Positions 1-12,669 of a stretch of DNA of 64,000 nucleotides are shown one piece after another (position 1 is the stretch's first letter; every line of letters begins with the position of its first letter). The DNA is from Octopus vulgaris (Eukaryota), in the NCBI GenBank assembly GCA_951406725.2, contig OX597818.1, positions 121,272,001 to 121,336,000 of the forward strand, read 5' to 3'. The position numbers and the translations under genes are program-made. Below the pieces are notes generated by a model that was not told where the DNA came from, did not search any database, and worked only from the letters and a program-made list of their open reading frames with translations.

Positions 1-49
1 TTGTATTCCACCTGCCTTCGTCTTTTGTTTATTTTCATAAAGCTTCCCG

Positions 50-50
<1 letters not shown>
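1..50 (+). mobile_element. 3' end of HHR-carrying short repeat family A (runs off window start)
   Basis: CCACCTGCCTTCGTCTTTTGTTT matches the tails at 1278-1312 and 58970-59000 and is followed by (TA)n. Confidence 0.7.
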
Positions 51-99
<49 letters not shown>

Positions 100-129
100 G
101 TATATATAGATATATATACATATATATGT

Positions 130-614
130 ATATGTGTGCACAATGTTGTCTGCTCTTTCAGTTGAGATGTCCAGTCTCTCGGTTATCTGACGACATGATA
201 TTCAGCGATCTTGCATTATCATACCACGAGCAAAGTCAACGTTGTCCTTAGTGGTTGCAGTTGGAGGTCTCCCTGGACTGGGGTATCATCTTCCACACTC
301 TCCCTGCCACGCTTAAATTCGTTTACCTAACGTTTGACAGTTGCATATAAAGGAGCATTGTCTATTAAGGTTCTCACCATATCTTCATGGATTTCTGATG
401 GAGTCATGCCTTTCAAATGAAGGTTATTTATTACAGCACGATACTCAGTTTTCTCCATTTTCCTTGTAACCTCGACACCTGTTTATTCAAAAATCTCAAC
501 AAAAAAAATAAATAAATAAATAAAAATTAAATGTCAGAATCATGAAAATGAGCAAGAATACTCCGAATAGACTGCACTTACTAGAAAAAAAAAGGTTTCA
601 TACACCCCTCGTAT
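130..614 (-). pseudogene. Decayed mariner transposase N-terminus with 5' terminal inverted repeat
   Basis: Minus strand from CAT at 456-458 reads MEKTEYRAVINNLHLKGMTPSEIHEDMVRTL...VNEFKRGRESVEDD (mariner HTH) with stops/frameshifts; terminus TACGAGGGGTGTATGAAA near 614. Confidence 0.85.
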
Positions 615-619
615 AAATG

Positions 620-835
620 TTGCCAAAGTAACGAAGCTAAAGCCACTTGACCAAGATTGACCTTGAACTCTGCTGTGCGTGTACACTGAATTTTAACGTT
701 CTAGCTCAGTTCTGCTGTTTACAGCAGTGCTTGGAAGTAACGTGTGTAGTGTGGGTTCGTCGCATTGACCATAACAGTAAGAAGTTAAGCAGAGAATCTG
801 CGTGAGATTTTGTCAAAAGCTTGGCGATACCTGCT

Positions 836-840
<5 letters not shown>
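620..840 (+). pseudogene. Second mariner 5' fragment, truncated by (GT)n
   Basis: From ~790 reads QRICVRFCQKLGDTCSE, like the EQRxxIKFCxKLG start of mariner transposases. Confidence 0.65.
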
Positions 841-880
<40 letters not shown>

Positions 881-885
881 TGTGT

Positions 886-1088
886 ATAAAGTTAATCCAA
901 ACATGAAAACACAAAGAGAAAACACAGCAACGCGAGGACGTGGAACAAGTATAGTGTGTTTGGACGCTCAGGAAAGGAAAGAAGGAACATTTAACGTTTC
1001 GAGCGGAGCTCTTCGTCAGAAACATAGAAAAAGGAAAGATCCAAGGGAGGGAAGACGGAGGAAAGAATCGCCAACGATACACACGCGG

Positions 1089-1092
<4 letters not shown>
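886..1092 (-). mobile_element. HHR-carrying short non-coding repeat, family B (Penelope-like terminal repeat relic)
   Basis: ~200 bp bounded by (TG)n and (CA)n; contains a canonical HHR core; shares CCTGAGCG downstream of the HHR with family A. Confidence 0.7.
987..1025 (-). ncRNA. Minimal type I hammerhead ribozyme, canonical core
   Basis: Minus strand ATGTTT-CTGACGA-A-GAGC-TCC-GCTC-GAAA-CG-TT-AAATGT: stem I 6 bp with wobbles, stem II 4 bp, palindromic ACGT at stem III. Confidence 0.8.
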
Positions 1093-1130
<38 letters not shown>

Positions 1131-1317
1131 TCACCATGATAGATCGTTAGCCACTACACACATTTTTTTCTCTCCTTGATTTTTCTGTGTCCCTTTCTGT
1201 AGAAGAGCGTAGGCTCGAAACGTAAAAGACTTTTTCTATTCCTGAGCGTTATACAAATACATCTGTTTGTTTTGTACACCACCTGTCTTCGTCTTTTGTT
1301 TTTTTCGTAAACTCTCG

Positions 1318-1320
<3 letters not shown>
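1131..1320 (+). mobile_element. HHR-carrying short repeat family A
   Basis: Homologous to 7074-7245(-), 36252-36432(-), 58903-59012(+); flanked by (TA)n on both sides. Confidence 0.8.
1193..1228 (+). ncRNA. Hammerhead-like motif with CUGUNGA (U6) core
   Basis: CTTT-CTGTAGA-A-GAGC-GTAG-GCTC-GAAA-CG-TA-AAAG: stems I and II perfectly paired, palindromic ACGT. Confidence 0.7.
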
Positions 1321-1392
<72 letters not shown>

Positions 1393-2068
1393 CATACACA
1401 TATGGCTAGCTCAGTTTTTTTCTTATTATTCTGCCTGTGTATGCTCATTTTCACTTTTTCTTAGTACTGCCAGAATTGGCTGTTCATAAAATTTTAAAAC
1501 TTATCGCTAAGGCAGCGATTTCCACTTCTTGGAAACCTCTCCACGCCTTACCTTTTCCCCTCTTATTTTGTTTATCTCTGCAACTATCTTTACAATATTT
1601 TTATAGCTTTTTCTCCCACTTTTATTTTTAAATATTTCTTTCTATTTCTTTCTTTTATTTTTTTATATTGCTTTCTTTCTTCTTTTTTTCTTCTTTCTTT
1701 CTCTCTCTTTCTTTCATTTTTTTTTCCTTTCCTTTCTCCTGTGAATGTTGTTCATTAAAAACGTGTCACTGGATGCTTTCTTATTTCATATTCTGAGAAT
1801 TATCTATTTCAGAAGTGTAAACCAAAGTACTTAGCATACATAGAACTGTTTCGTGTTTTCTATTGTCGAAAAACTGGGTGGTTGGTGGGTGGGTGTAAAT
1901 GAGACAGTGGTGGTGGTGGTGGTAGTGATGGTATTAGATGAGAAAGAGGAAGTTGGGGAGGGAGAAGGTTGTTGTTGTTGTTGTTAGTGGTGTGATGGTA
2001 GTAGAGGCGGTGAACGAGGAGCATTGTTTCCTCGTCACTGTTCGGCTTGGGAAAAAATTATATTTGAG

Positions 2069-2117
2069 TATGTGTATGTGTGTGTGTACATACATGTATG
2101 TATGTATACTCACACAG

Positions 2118-2153
<36 letters not shown>

Positions 2154-2167
2154 GTATACACATACAA

Positions 2168-2198
<31 letters not shown>

Positions 2199-2271
2199 GT
2201 ATATATATATATACATACATATATACATATATGCGTACGTATACACACACATATACATATGCATTATGTAT

Positions 2272-2303
<32 letters not shown>

Positions 2304-2550
2304 AGACATATATATATATACATATATATATATATATGTATATATATAAGACATATATATATATATATATATATATATACACTCATATATATATTTATAT
2401 ATATATGTATATGTATATAAATATGTATATATATAGAAAAATATACTATACATATATATAGAAATATATACTATACATATATATATGTGTCTGTGTATGT
2501 ATATATATTTATATATATACACACACACATATACATACATACCTATATAT
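2069..2550. repeat. Compound (TG)/(CA)/(TA) microsatellite
   Basis: Direct inspection. Confidence 0.95.
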
Positions 2551-3587
2551 AAATAGACGATCGCATGCAAACCTACAAGTGAATCGATGTTATATTGATA
2601 CTCCCCCGCCTTATTACGGCAACTGTTCTCATATATCTATTTGAGTTTGTTCGCTATTAATAAACGGACACAAGATTGTTACCTTCCGGTTCTCTTCTAG
2701 AAGAGGGCCGTGAATACACAATGTCGCACCTCACCTCTGGAAGCCTCAAATGTCTTTCATATGTCGCTCTATCGTAAATACATTTCCTACAATTCATTCA
2801 TGTATTTCTCTTCAACAAAGAAAACGTTGTCTTAGTATTGATAGAATGGGTTGGTTGCAATGATGGCTGAACCGATTTAAATCAGAATCTAACACATACG
2901 TGCATTCTTACATACACACACAGATGTATTCACGCACGCACGCAAGCAAACCCCCACACGCGCGCTTATATTCTTGTGTAAACTCACTACGTCTGAGAAA
3001 CATTGTGGTTTAGTCCACTTTTTTTAGGATTATATAAAACAACATTATCCAATGTGTAATTTCCTTATTCATATTTATGAAGGGTGTGAGTTCGTGGAGA
3101 TTTGGCTGTTATGTCTTGCAAATCGAGTGACCTAATATATGCTCCTTCATTGGCTCGTTCTGAGAAAAACTTAATTTACCTCTGCTGCTGCTGTTGTTGT
3201 TGATTTTAAGCAATACAGGTAAGGGTGATTAGGTGATGGTCTAGGGCTTAGGGGTGGGAGACCCCGGACCTTGGAAAAAAAAAACTTTGGTTGTCTTGTA
3301 GTCGAGGGCTCTTCGTTGACACCCGACACCACTGGGAGGTGGCCCTCGAAATCGCTGGAAATGGAGATTTTCAGGTCCAAATTCTTGAACGGCAGCTGCT
3401 GCTGCTGTTGTTGTTTAACCCCAGGTTAACCCTGGCAGAACTGATTTGCCATTGTTTAACTCCAGTTCAATGCTGATCGAACCAACAACTGTCTTGACTA
3501 CATTTTGCCTCAGAACGAAGAGAATCTTTCATTTGCTTTAGAAATTAGGTCTATATAAAAAGGGACAATACCAATGGTATTTACAAG

Positions 3588-3789
3588 TCTCTTTTACTCT
3601 TTTACTCTTTTACTTGTTTCTGTCATTTGATTGCGGCCATGCTGGAGCACCTCCTTTAGTCGAGCAAATCGACTCCAGGACTTATTCTTTGTAAGCCAAG
3701 TACTTATTCTATCGGTCTCTTTTGCCGAACCGCTAAGTTACGGGTACGTAAACACTGGGGGGACAAACACAGACACACACACACACATA

Positions 3790-3833
<44 letters not shown>

Positions 3834-4020
3834 TACATACATATATATTTACATACGACAGGCTTCTTTCAGTTTCAGTCTACCAAATCCACTCACAAGG
3901 CTTTGGTCCTCCCGAGGATATAGTAGAAGACACTTGCCCTAGGTGCCACGCAGTGGGACTGAACCCGGAACCATGTGGTTGGTAAGCAAGCTACTTACCA
4001 CACAGCCACTCCTGCGCCTA
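3588..4020 (-). mobile_element. tRNA-derived SINE family S2, near full length
   Basis: Head GGCGCAGGAGTGGCTGTGTGGTAAG...GGTTCAGTCCC (A/B boxes), internal TA/TG microsatellite, (GTAAAAGA)n tail; more than 10 copies in window. Confidence 0.9.
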
Positions 4021-4455
4021 TAAGTTACGCAGTCGAAGGGCTGATGCTTCTTTTGAACTTTCTACTATCAGCATTTCTGCTGCAATAATGGCCTCTGCTC
4101 CTCTGGGCTGATTGTGATCATACCACTTCCATTTAGGATCGTCAGTCACACTCGTCTCCCTCTTTTTCGCATTATCTTTGTTGCTTTCTCATGAATCCCT
4201 ACACCCAATCCTTCCTTCTTACTCAGCATTTCGACCGGCTTAGCTCATTTTCCTGGAAGCGTTTACTTGCAACAGTGCAAGAGAAACATTAATAACACAA
4301 ATCTTGCTGATCCTGGGGAATCAGACAAGTCGAAGAGCACTGTCCCTGCCTGCAGCCCAAGCAAGTAGAAAATTGCATATGCAACACAAGATTTTCACAA
4401 GTTCTATGAATAGAACCTATAATATCTTTCATAACAAACAAGTCTCGACAAACAA

Positions 4456-5011
4456 TACTTTTCTACTCTAGGCACAAGACCCAAAATTTTGGGGGAGGGG
4501 CCACGACCCCAGTACGCAACTGGTACTTAATTTATCGACCCCGAAAGGATGAAATTCAAAGTCGACCTAGGCGAAATTTCAACTCAGAACGTATAGACAG
4601 TCAAAATACCTATTTCTTTACTGCCCACAAGGGGCTACACACAGAGGGGACAAACAAAGACAGACAAACGGATTAAGTCGACTATATCGATCCCAGTGCG
4701 TAACTGGTACTTATTTAATCGACCCCGAAAGGATGAAAGGTAAAGTTGATCTCGGCGGAATTTGAACTCAGAACGTAGCGGCAGGCGAAAATACCTATTT
4801 CTTTACTACCCACAAGGGGCTAAACACAGAGAGGACAAACGGATTAAGTCGATTACATCGACCCTAGTGCGTAACTGGTACTTAATTTATCGACTCCGAA
4901 AGGATGATAGGCAAAGTCGAACTCGGCAGAATTTGAACTCAGAACGTAGCGGCAGACGAAATACGGCTACGCATTTCGCCCGGTGTGCTAACGTTTCTGC
5001 CAGCTCGTCTT
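4456..5011 (-). mobile_element. tRNA-derived SINE family S1, trimeric form
   Basis: Head GAGCTGGCAGAAACGTTAG, B box GAGTTCAAATTCC, three copies of the CCTTTCATCCTTTCGGGGTCGAT core. Confidence 0.9.
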
Positions 5012-5119
5012 AACAAGCAATAACAAATCAGTTTCTCCACTACACCTATCATAAAAACACATCTGTGACATTACACCTTTTTTTTTTTTGCGCATGAAAA
5101 TAGTTCTCATTTAATTATC

Positions 5120-5390
5120 TCCATGCAAATGACAGGCCTGACAATCTTTGCAGCAGCTGCACGCCCAGAAATCCTTGACAGCTTGCAGAAAATGGCAACC
5201 TAACTGAAAAGCATAAAATTCGCATATAGGCACGCTCCAGGCTCTAGCCAAGGGTATGCTATCTTTTCTCGCTACGTTATCTACGATTACTATAATGATC
5301 CCTGCCCTTCGGACCTGACTGGGCTCGTGCCATCTCTACTCATATATTCCAGTCCCATTCAAGCAATGTACCTGTCTTTAACACTTGCAA
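5120..5390 (+). pseudogene. Highly decayed LINE ORF2 C-terminal fragment (CR1/Jockey-like)
   Basis: Reads RYVIYDYYNDPCPSDLTGLVP, resembling the LFYRYYNGxCSSELxxLVP motif of Jockey/CR1-group elements (recalled, not searched). Confidence 0.45.
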
Positions 5391-5861
5391 AAACTACAAT
5401 CAGTGCACATTCGGCGGAATAAATAACAAAGCAAACAAGAATATGGTATGAAGAGTTTTAAGTGCCTTAGAACCTGTGACAGTACCAGTTGATAGAATGT
5501 GGTCATTAGCCATCCTGTTCCCTTGGCCATCATGACTAGAGCCCCCATGATGAGAGTACCTATAAAGCTGTAGTAATGTAAGCAATATAAAAGTAAACCT
5601 TTACCCTGCTGTAGTATATCTATCTTCGTTTATCACTGGTCTTTGGTTAAAAAAATCACCATGTTAAATGAACCAATGATAACTGAATACTAAAACATAT
5701 GGAGGAAAATAGGTTTCGTTTTGAGACCCCAAGTTGCTCTGAACATTCTGGATGGTCACTAAGGCACGCTTTGGCGGTAAAACAGAATCTTTCATTGATC
5801 GCCGACCTATGTTATCACAGATCAATTCCTGATAAGTATAACACGATTCACAATTGAGCGT

Positions 5862-5945
5862 ATCGTGTTACATGGATCTGTTATGAGTTGTGTTACATGG
5901 ATCTGTTATGAATCGTGTTACATGGATCTGTTATGAATGAATCAT
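5862..5945. repeat. 24-bp tandem repeat, 3 copies
   Basis: GTGTTACATGGATCTGTTATGA repeated three times. Confidence 0.9.
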
Positions 5946-7016
5946 GGAGAGGATAGACGTACATGAGCAAAACCTCATATATCAAAGATTTTGGTATAAT
6001 TTTGACAGTTTTTTACTTTTGAATAACAAATCTCAACTTTAGTCTAGGACTTCGATATCTATTTGTCGTTCAAACTAGCCAACATTCTTGCTCAGCCAAT
6101 GAGTCAAATCTCTTTTGGTTGTTCAGCAATGCATATTAATATACATTAGTGATTTTTTGCTTGTATTATATAGACGAGTTTATGCATTAACTGTTTAATT
6201 TATTGGAAACGTGGTTGGCTACACGACACAACAGATCTCTCAGTTCAACGAGCAGTGATCTTTTCGCTAACGCCAGCTGCTTGTTCTCTAAAGACAACCT
6301 ACGTATTTCGCGCACTTATGCAAGCAGTCGATATATTTATTGTCAAGTGTGACAGGGTTTACGTACGTAAACTCGGGCCGTTCGTCGAGTGAATGTGCTT
6401 GTATGTTTGTGAGCTGTGAGCGTGCATGCGTGCGTGTATGTGTATGTGTGTGTATGTGTATGTGTGTGTGGCCACGGCTGTTGTACATTATATAGACAAC
6501 GCTGTTATTTGGTGCTTTAATATATCTAGTCCATTGAGTTTTATATAAAACATCTATTGTACATATACTTTTCTTGATCCATTGAAACATACAAATATAT
6601 ATAATCTTTTTTAACCGTCTTTTATTGCTTATTCGGAAGGTTTTACGTTCTTCTCTTCATTATTAGTCAAGAATACAAACATTAACATTTGAGTACATAC
6701 ACAGTACTGTCATTGATAACATAGCACTTGAAAAAAAAAGAGAATAAGAAAAGAAAAACAGACGCATAATAGATGAGGTTGAAATGAAGTAGTCTAGCAT
6801 GTCCAGTATGCTAAAGGTTCAACTTACTAAATAGATAAGATTGTAAACAATGGTAGCGAGCAGTGCAAAAATGAGGTGAGTCTGTTAATATTTTACATGA
6901 AGGATAAAAGCTCAAGTGAAACCCGTAACCACATATTGCTCATACATCAATTCGTGATCAGTGTTGAGTGTGCCGTGTTACTTGGAACAATGATCATTGA
7001 ATCAGTGATAAACGAG

Positions 7017-7071
<55 letters not shown>

Positions 7072-7073
7072 TG

Positions 7074-7245
7074 TGAGAATTTACAAAAAACAAAAGACGA
7101 AGACGGGTGTGTAAACAACAAACAGATATATCAGTTTAACGGTCGGGAAGTGAGAGACTTTTACGTTTCGAGCCTACGCTTTTCGACAGAAAGGAACACA
7201 GAAATAAACAGGGAGAGAAAATAGAAAAGGTTGACTACTACACAT
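7074..7245 (-). mobile_element. HHR-carrying repeat family A (core CTGTCGA at 7158-7193)
   Basis: Minus strand CTTT-CTGTCGA-A-AAGC-GTAG-GCTC-GAAA-CG-TA-AAAG; homologous to 1131-1320. Confidence 0.8.
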
Positions 7246-7312
7246 CGAAGCAGTTACGCATTCAAAGGTTTTTGATGTATTCCAAAGAAGGTTCTCTTGC
7301 TAATTGACAAAT

Positions 7313-7592
7313 ATTCTTTTTACCCTAGGCATAAGGCCCGAAATTTTGGGGGAGGGGGCCAGTCGATTAGATCGACCCCAGTACGCAACTAGTACTTAAT
7401 TTATCGACCCCGAAAGGATAAAAGGCTCACACATCAATGCACTACCAGCTTTAACTATTAGATATACTCGCTTCTACCGATTGATATTCTTTTCTACTCA
7501 AGGCACAAGGCCCGAACTTTTGGGGGAGAGGACCAGTCGATTAGATCGAACCCAGTACGCAACCTGTACTTAATTTATCGACCCCTAAAGGA
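7313..7592 (-). mobile_element. Two 5'-truncated SINE S1 3' ends (tail B)
   Basis: 7313-7425 and 7486-7592 both match the S1 terminal module at 12670-12780. Confidence 0.85.
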
Positions 7593-7604
7593 TGTCATTG
7601 TCCT

Positions 7605-7876
7605 CAGAACGGAACAGTCTGCTCATGAAATTAACATGGAAGTAGCTGAGCTCACCACAGATACGTTTATCCATAACGTAGTTCTCAGGGAGTCTCGGCG
7701 CGACACAGAATGTGGCAAGGCTGGCCCTTTGAATAACAGGTACAACCAAATTTTGCAAGCTGAGTGGACAGGAGCAACGTAAAATAAACTGTCTGACTGA
7801 GGGGCACAACGCACAGCCGGGAATTGAACCCACGCCCTCGCGATTGTGAGTCGAATTCCTTAACCACTAAGCCACA
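7605..7876 (-). mobile_element. tRNA-derived SINE, S4-like head with tail Y
   Basis: Minus strand TGTGGCTTAGTGGTTAAG...GGTTCAATTCCC; tail homologous to 37000-37140. Confidence 0.8.
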
Positions 7877-7909
7877 GTTGAATATCACAATAGTGGGTGA
7901 TGAATAAGG

Positions 7910-8115
7910 TACAAGGCTCACAATTTTGAGGGGAAGGGATCAATCGATATCATTGACACATTGTATTTGACGGATATTTTATTTTATCGATGCTGAAAGC
8001 AGTGAAAAGCAAGGTTGCTCTCTGAAGGTTCGAACACAGAATATAAAGTGCTAGAAGAAACACTGCGTAATAATCGTACTGATGTTCTAACAATTCTGCC
8101 ATCTCACTGCCCTCG
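7910..8115 (-). mobile_element. Old diverged SINE S1 copy
   Basis: Degenerate match to S1 head, core and tail B. Confidence 0.6.
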
Positions 8116-8159
8116 TGGGGCTAAGTAATCCTTTCTGCTATTTTTGAAATGTTGGATTC

Positions 8160-8388
8160 CATCCATTCAATTATCCATCCATCTATTCATTCATCCACCA
8201 ATTCATCCATCTGTTCATCCATTCATCTATTCATTCATCCGTCTGTCTGTTCGTCAGTCCATCCATCCATCCATCCATCCATCCATCCATCCATCCAGCC
8301 ATCCATCCATCCATCCAGCCAGCCATCCATCCATCCATCCATCCATCCAGCCATCCAGCCATCCATCCATCCATCCAGCCAGCCAGCC
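8160..8388. repeat. (CATC)/(CCAG) tetranucleotide repeat
   Basis: Direct inspection. Confidence 0.95.
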
Positions 8389-8936
8389 GAAATGTATACA
8401 ACTCAAATGTATACAAATGCTAAATGCATACAACTGAGTCTGCATGGTTGGCGGCAAAAGCATAACAAAACTGGAAGGGAACGGTAGCTAGATCGATTCG
8501 GGAACAGCAGATGTAATAAAAGACTAAGTGAAATGCTTGCATTTGAACTTCAACCAAGACAAAATCTGACCCAGATTCTATCTGGCAGAGCAGGCTTGTC
8601 GGGATTTTCCAAACACTAAAGAACCGGTAGTTCGTAAGAAGAAACTAAGGTGGTCAGCACATCACTGAGTCAATGTAACCAACTAAGTCGTGGTCCGTGG
8701 CTGGAACCGGTCCGCTAACCATCAGCTGCCAGTACGTGGCGAGTTTCCAGAAAAGAAAGAAACATTATAAAAATCTTATGTAATTATTGTATCTTTTGTT
8801 TACAAAATAAACACATGATAAAAAAAAAAATTGAACTTTTATTATATTCACTATATATATTGCAGCGTGGAAGGTGTTTATAAGCCATTTAAGAAACACA
8901 AAAACCGTTAGATTCACTTAAACATATAAATTTAAT

Positions 8937-8985
8937 TTGTCAAAATATTTTCGTCGCTTTGAGACCGCGACCTGTTAACTGACAA
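8937..8985 (-). ncRNA. Hammerhead-like motif with swapped G3:C8 pair (left arm)
   Basis: Minus strand TTGTCA-GTTAACA-G-GTCGC-GGTCTCAAA-GCGAC-GAAA-ATAT-TT-TGACAA; G5 mutated in this copy. Confidence 0.6.
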
Positions 8986-9001
8986 AATTTCGTGCTGCAT
9001 C

Positions 9002-9050
9002 TTGTCAGTGAACAGGTCGCGGTCTCAAAGCGACAAAAATATTGTGACAA
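9002..9050 (+). ncRNA. Hammerhead-like motif with swapped G3:C8 pair (right arm)
   Basis: TTGTCA-GTGAACA-G-GTCGC-GGTCTCAAA-GCGAC-AAAA-ATAT-TG-TGACAA; the other two copies have GAAA-ATAT-TT-TGAC. Confidence 0.65.
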
Positions 9051-9524
9051 ATTAAATTTAAATGTCGAAGTGAATCTAACGTTTTTTGTGTGTTTCTTAA
9101 ATGGCTTATAAACACCTTCCACGCTGCAATTGTTTTCATTCCAGCACACGATCTCAGATCAAGTCACTCGCTATGCAAGTACATCTCTATAAAATATATA
9201 TATTGTTTCCGGTATAAATTAATATTAATAAGAAATATTACCGGTCCCTGGCACACTGGAAAAAACAGAAATTGCCGGTACGCCACATCGGATAGTTTGA
9301 GAAGCACTACTTTAGATGACGGTGGTCCAGAAGAACGATAATTCAATGACTAAAACACCAATAAAGGAATGAAAACATGTTTAAAAATTCCTTGATCGTG
9401 TCAGCAAATTTGTACTATAAGATTTACTATATATCATATATAAAAGTTTTCAGATTACAATATCAATATTTATGCATATTCTTATCGCTCCAAACACGTA
9501 TAATATTACAATAATATTATACAA

Positions 9525-10330
<806 letters not shown>

Positions 10331-10867
10331 TACAAGAAAATATGACACAATCAAAACAAGCAAGCCGCTATCAGTTATAAGAAACGTAATAAAACTTCAG
10401 CTTAGAAGTACTAAAGCTGAACTTTCGTAAGAAACAAGCGGATGGCGGGAATTTGGTAAAACAAGCACTTCTTGAATTCATATGGTGAATTTGATCTGTC
10501 AAGCAGAAACTAAGCAAAGCGGTTATAATTACGTTGTTCCGTAGTGTTTATACAAACATTAAGCAAGTACTGATGTTGTTCCATAGTGTTTATATAAACA
10601 TCAGGTAAGCACTACGAATTGATAAACAGTGAAATTCAGAGTTCAGCATATCGCTTACGTTATTTTAATGGTATCTTCGTTTGCACCAAGCGCCCTTATT
10701 AGCCTTTTCCTACACCGATGATAACAATCCATAAATTGGAATGTCAGACTATCTATTTATCTTAGTGCATTAATACCCCAACGAAATACATATTATTTTC
10801 ATTGCATAGCATATACTTTTGCTTTTTATTTTAACCACATTCACTTCACTCTACATCCCATGCCCAT

Positions 10868-11445
<578 letters not shown>

Positions 11446-11627
11446 TGTTAAGGGTTAGCATATCACAACTTTAGTGCATCCGAAAAACAATCTAGGTAGT
11501 GTTGTTTTCGTTAAAGAACAATTCACGTGGCAAATGTTAATGAAAGTCGTCAGTCGTTAATGTTGAACAAACAATTTACGATGAAATCGGAAATTAGGTA
11601 GAAACAGAAGAAAACACTATTAAATCT

Positions 11628-11722
11628 AACCAACCAACCAACCAACCAACCAACCAACCAACCAACCAGCCAGCCAGCCAGCCAACCAACCAGCCAGCCA
11701 GCCAGCAAGCCAGCCAGCCAGC
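11628..11722. repeat. (AACC)/(AGCC) repeat
   Basis: Direct inspection. Confidence 0.95.
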
Positions 11723-11901
11723 AACAGACATAAATGTATTAAAAAGAAAGACAATACTTATGTTATTGTTAACATTTAGAGTACAGGGGCTTTAAAAAGC
11801 TAACTAAAATATTTAAGCATAGATGAAAAGACCTTCTACCCCGCCAAAAAATAGCGATAATAGTTTATCAATTTCAGCTTTTCAGTAAGTACGGAAGATA
11901 A

Positions 11902-11942
11902 GTTTTACATGTTTCGATATTATTCTGATCTCATCAGTGAAG
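11902..11942 (-). ncRNA. Minimal hammerhead motif, canonical core, weak stem I
   Basis: Minus strand TTCA-CTGATGA-GAT-CAGAATAAT-ATC-GAAA-CATG-TA; palindromic ACATGT; degenerate inverted partner at 11992-12034 (TTGATGA...GAAACATGTC). Confidence 0.65.
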
Positions 11943-12669
11943 TATTGCTTCACTTTCTATCACTATTTCGTCAAGTACGTTGAAAGTTGATTTCATTGAT
12001 GAGCTCTGAAAACAATAACGAAACATGTCTAGAATTATGTCCCATACCTGTCTTTCCTCCCTCTCTCCCTAATATTACACATTGACTAGTATAACTTTCT
12101 TCTTCATTTCGTATCTATTTCTAGTAACTTTTTTTTTGTTAAATGCATTAAATATGTTTGCACTAACTTAACAATTATAGTAATTCTGATTTTCAGCTAA
12201 AATATTATAAAACATAATCGGAAGTAGTAAAGGATAATATAAACTCGCCTAGCATTTAACACTCAGCTACTTTTCCTAACAAGACTCCAATTAAGTCGTT
12301 TACAAAATTCTACCGGAAATGTTCTCATTTTGGCACATTAACATGCATGAAGCTTGAAGCTGTTTCATTTGACTGACGCTGATAATTCCCTAGGGGACGG
12401 TACGACGGTCCATTAATTCTCATCTACAGCACTAAGACACAATCGCTATACATATCAAAGGATCAGTCTTGTATTTCCCTGTCGCTAGTCTTGGATAACA
12501 TGCAATTAAACCCCTTAAAGTCGCTACGAATGCTACATCTCACGTTTACTGATGATCTTGCATGCCGATTTCATATTCAATTTACAACATACTTTCCAGC
12601 TTTAAAGAATGAGTACTCTGATAAAAATAGACATTTATAATAAAAAAAATAAATATATACAGTAAAGAT

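Larger units (their letters stand above)
8860..9190. mobile_element. Fold-back non-coding element, family C (Penelope-like)
   Basis: Inverted arms 8860-8985 and 9002-9130 with 16-bp spacer, right arm extended to ~9190; TA-flanked; another copy at 57823-57995. Confidence 0.85.
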
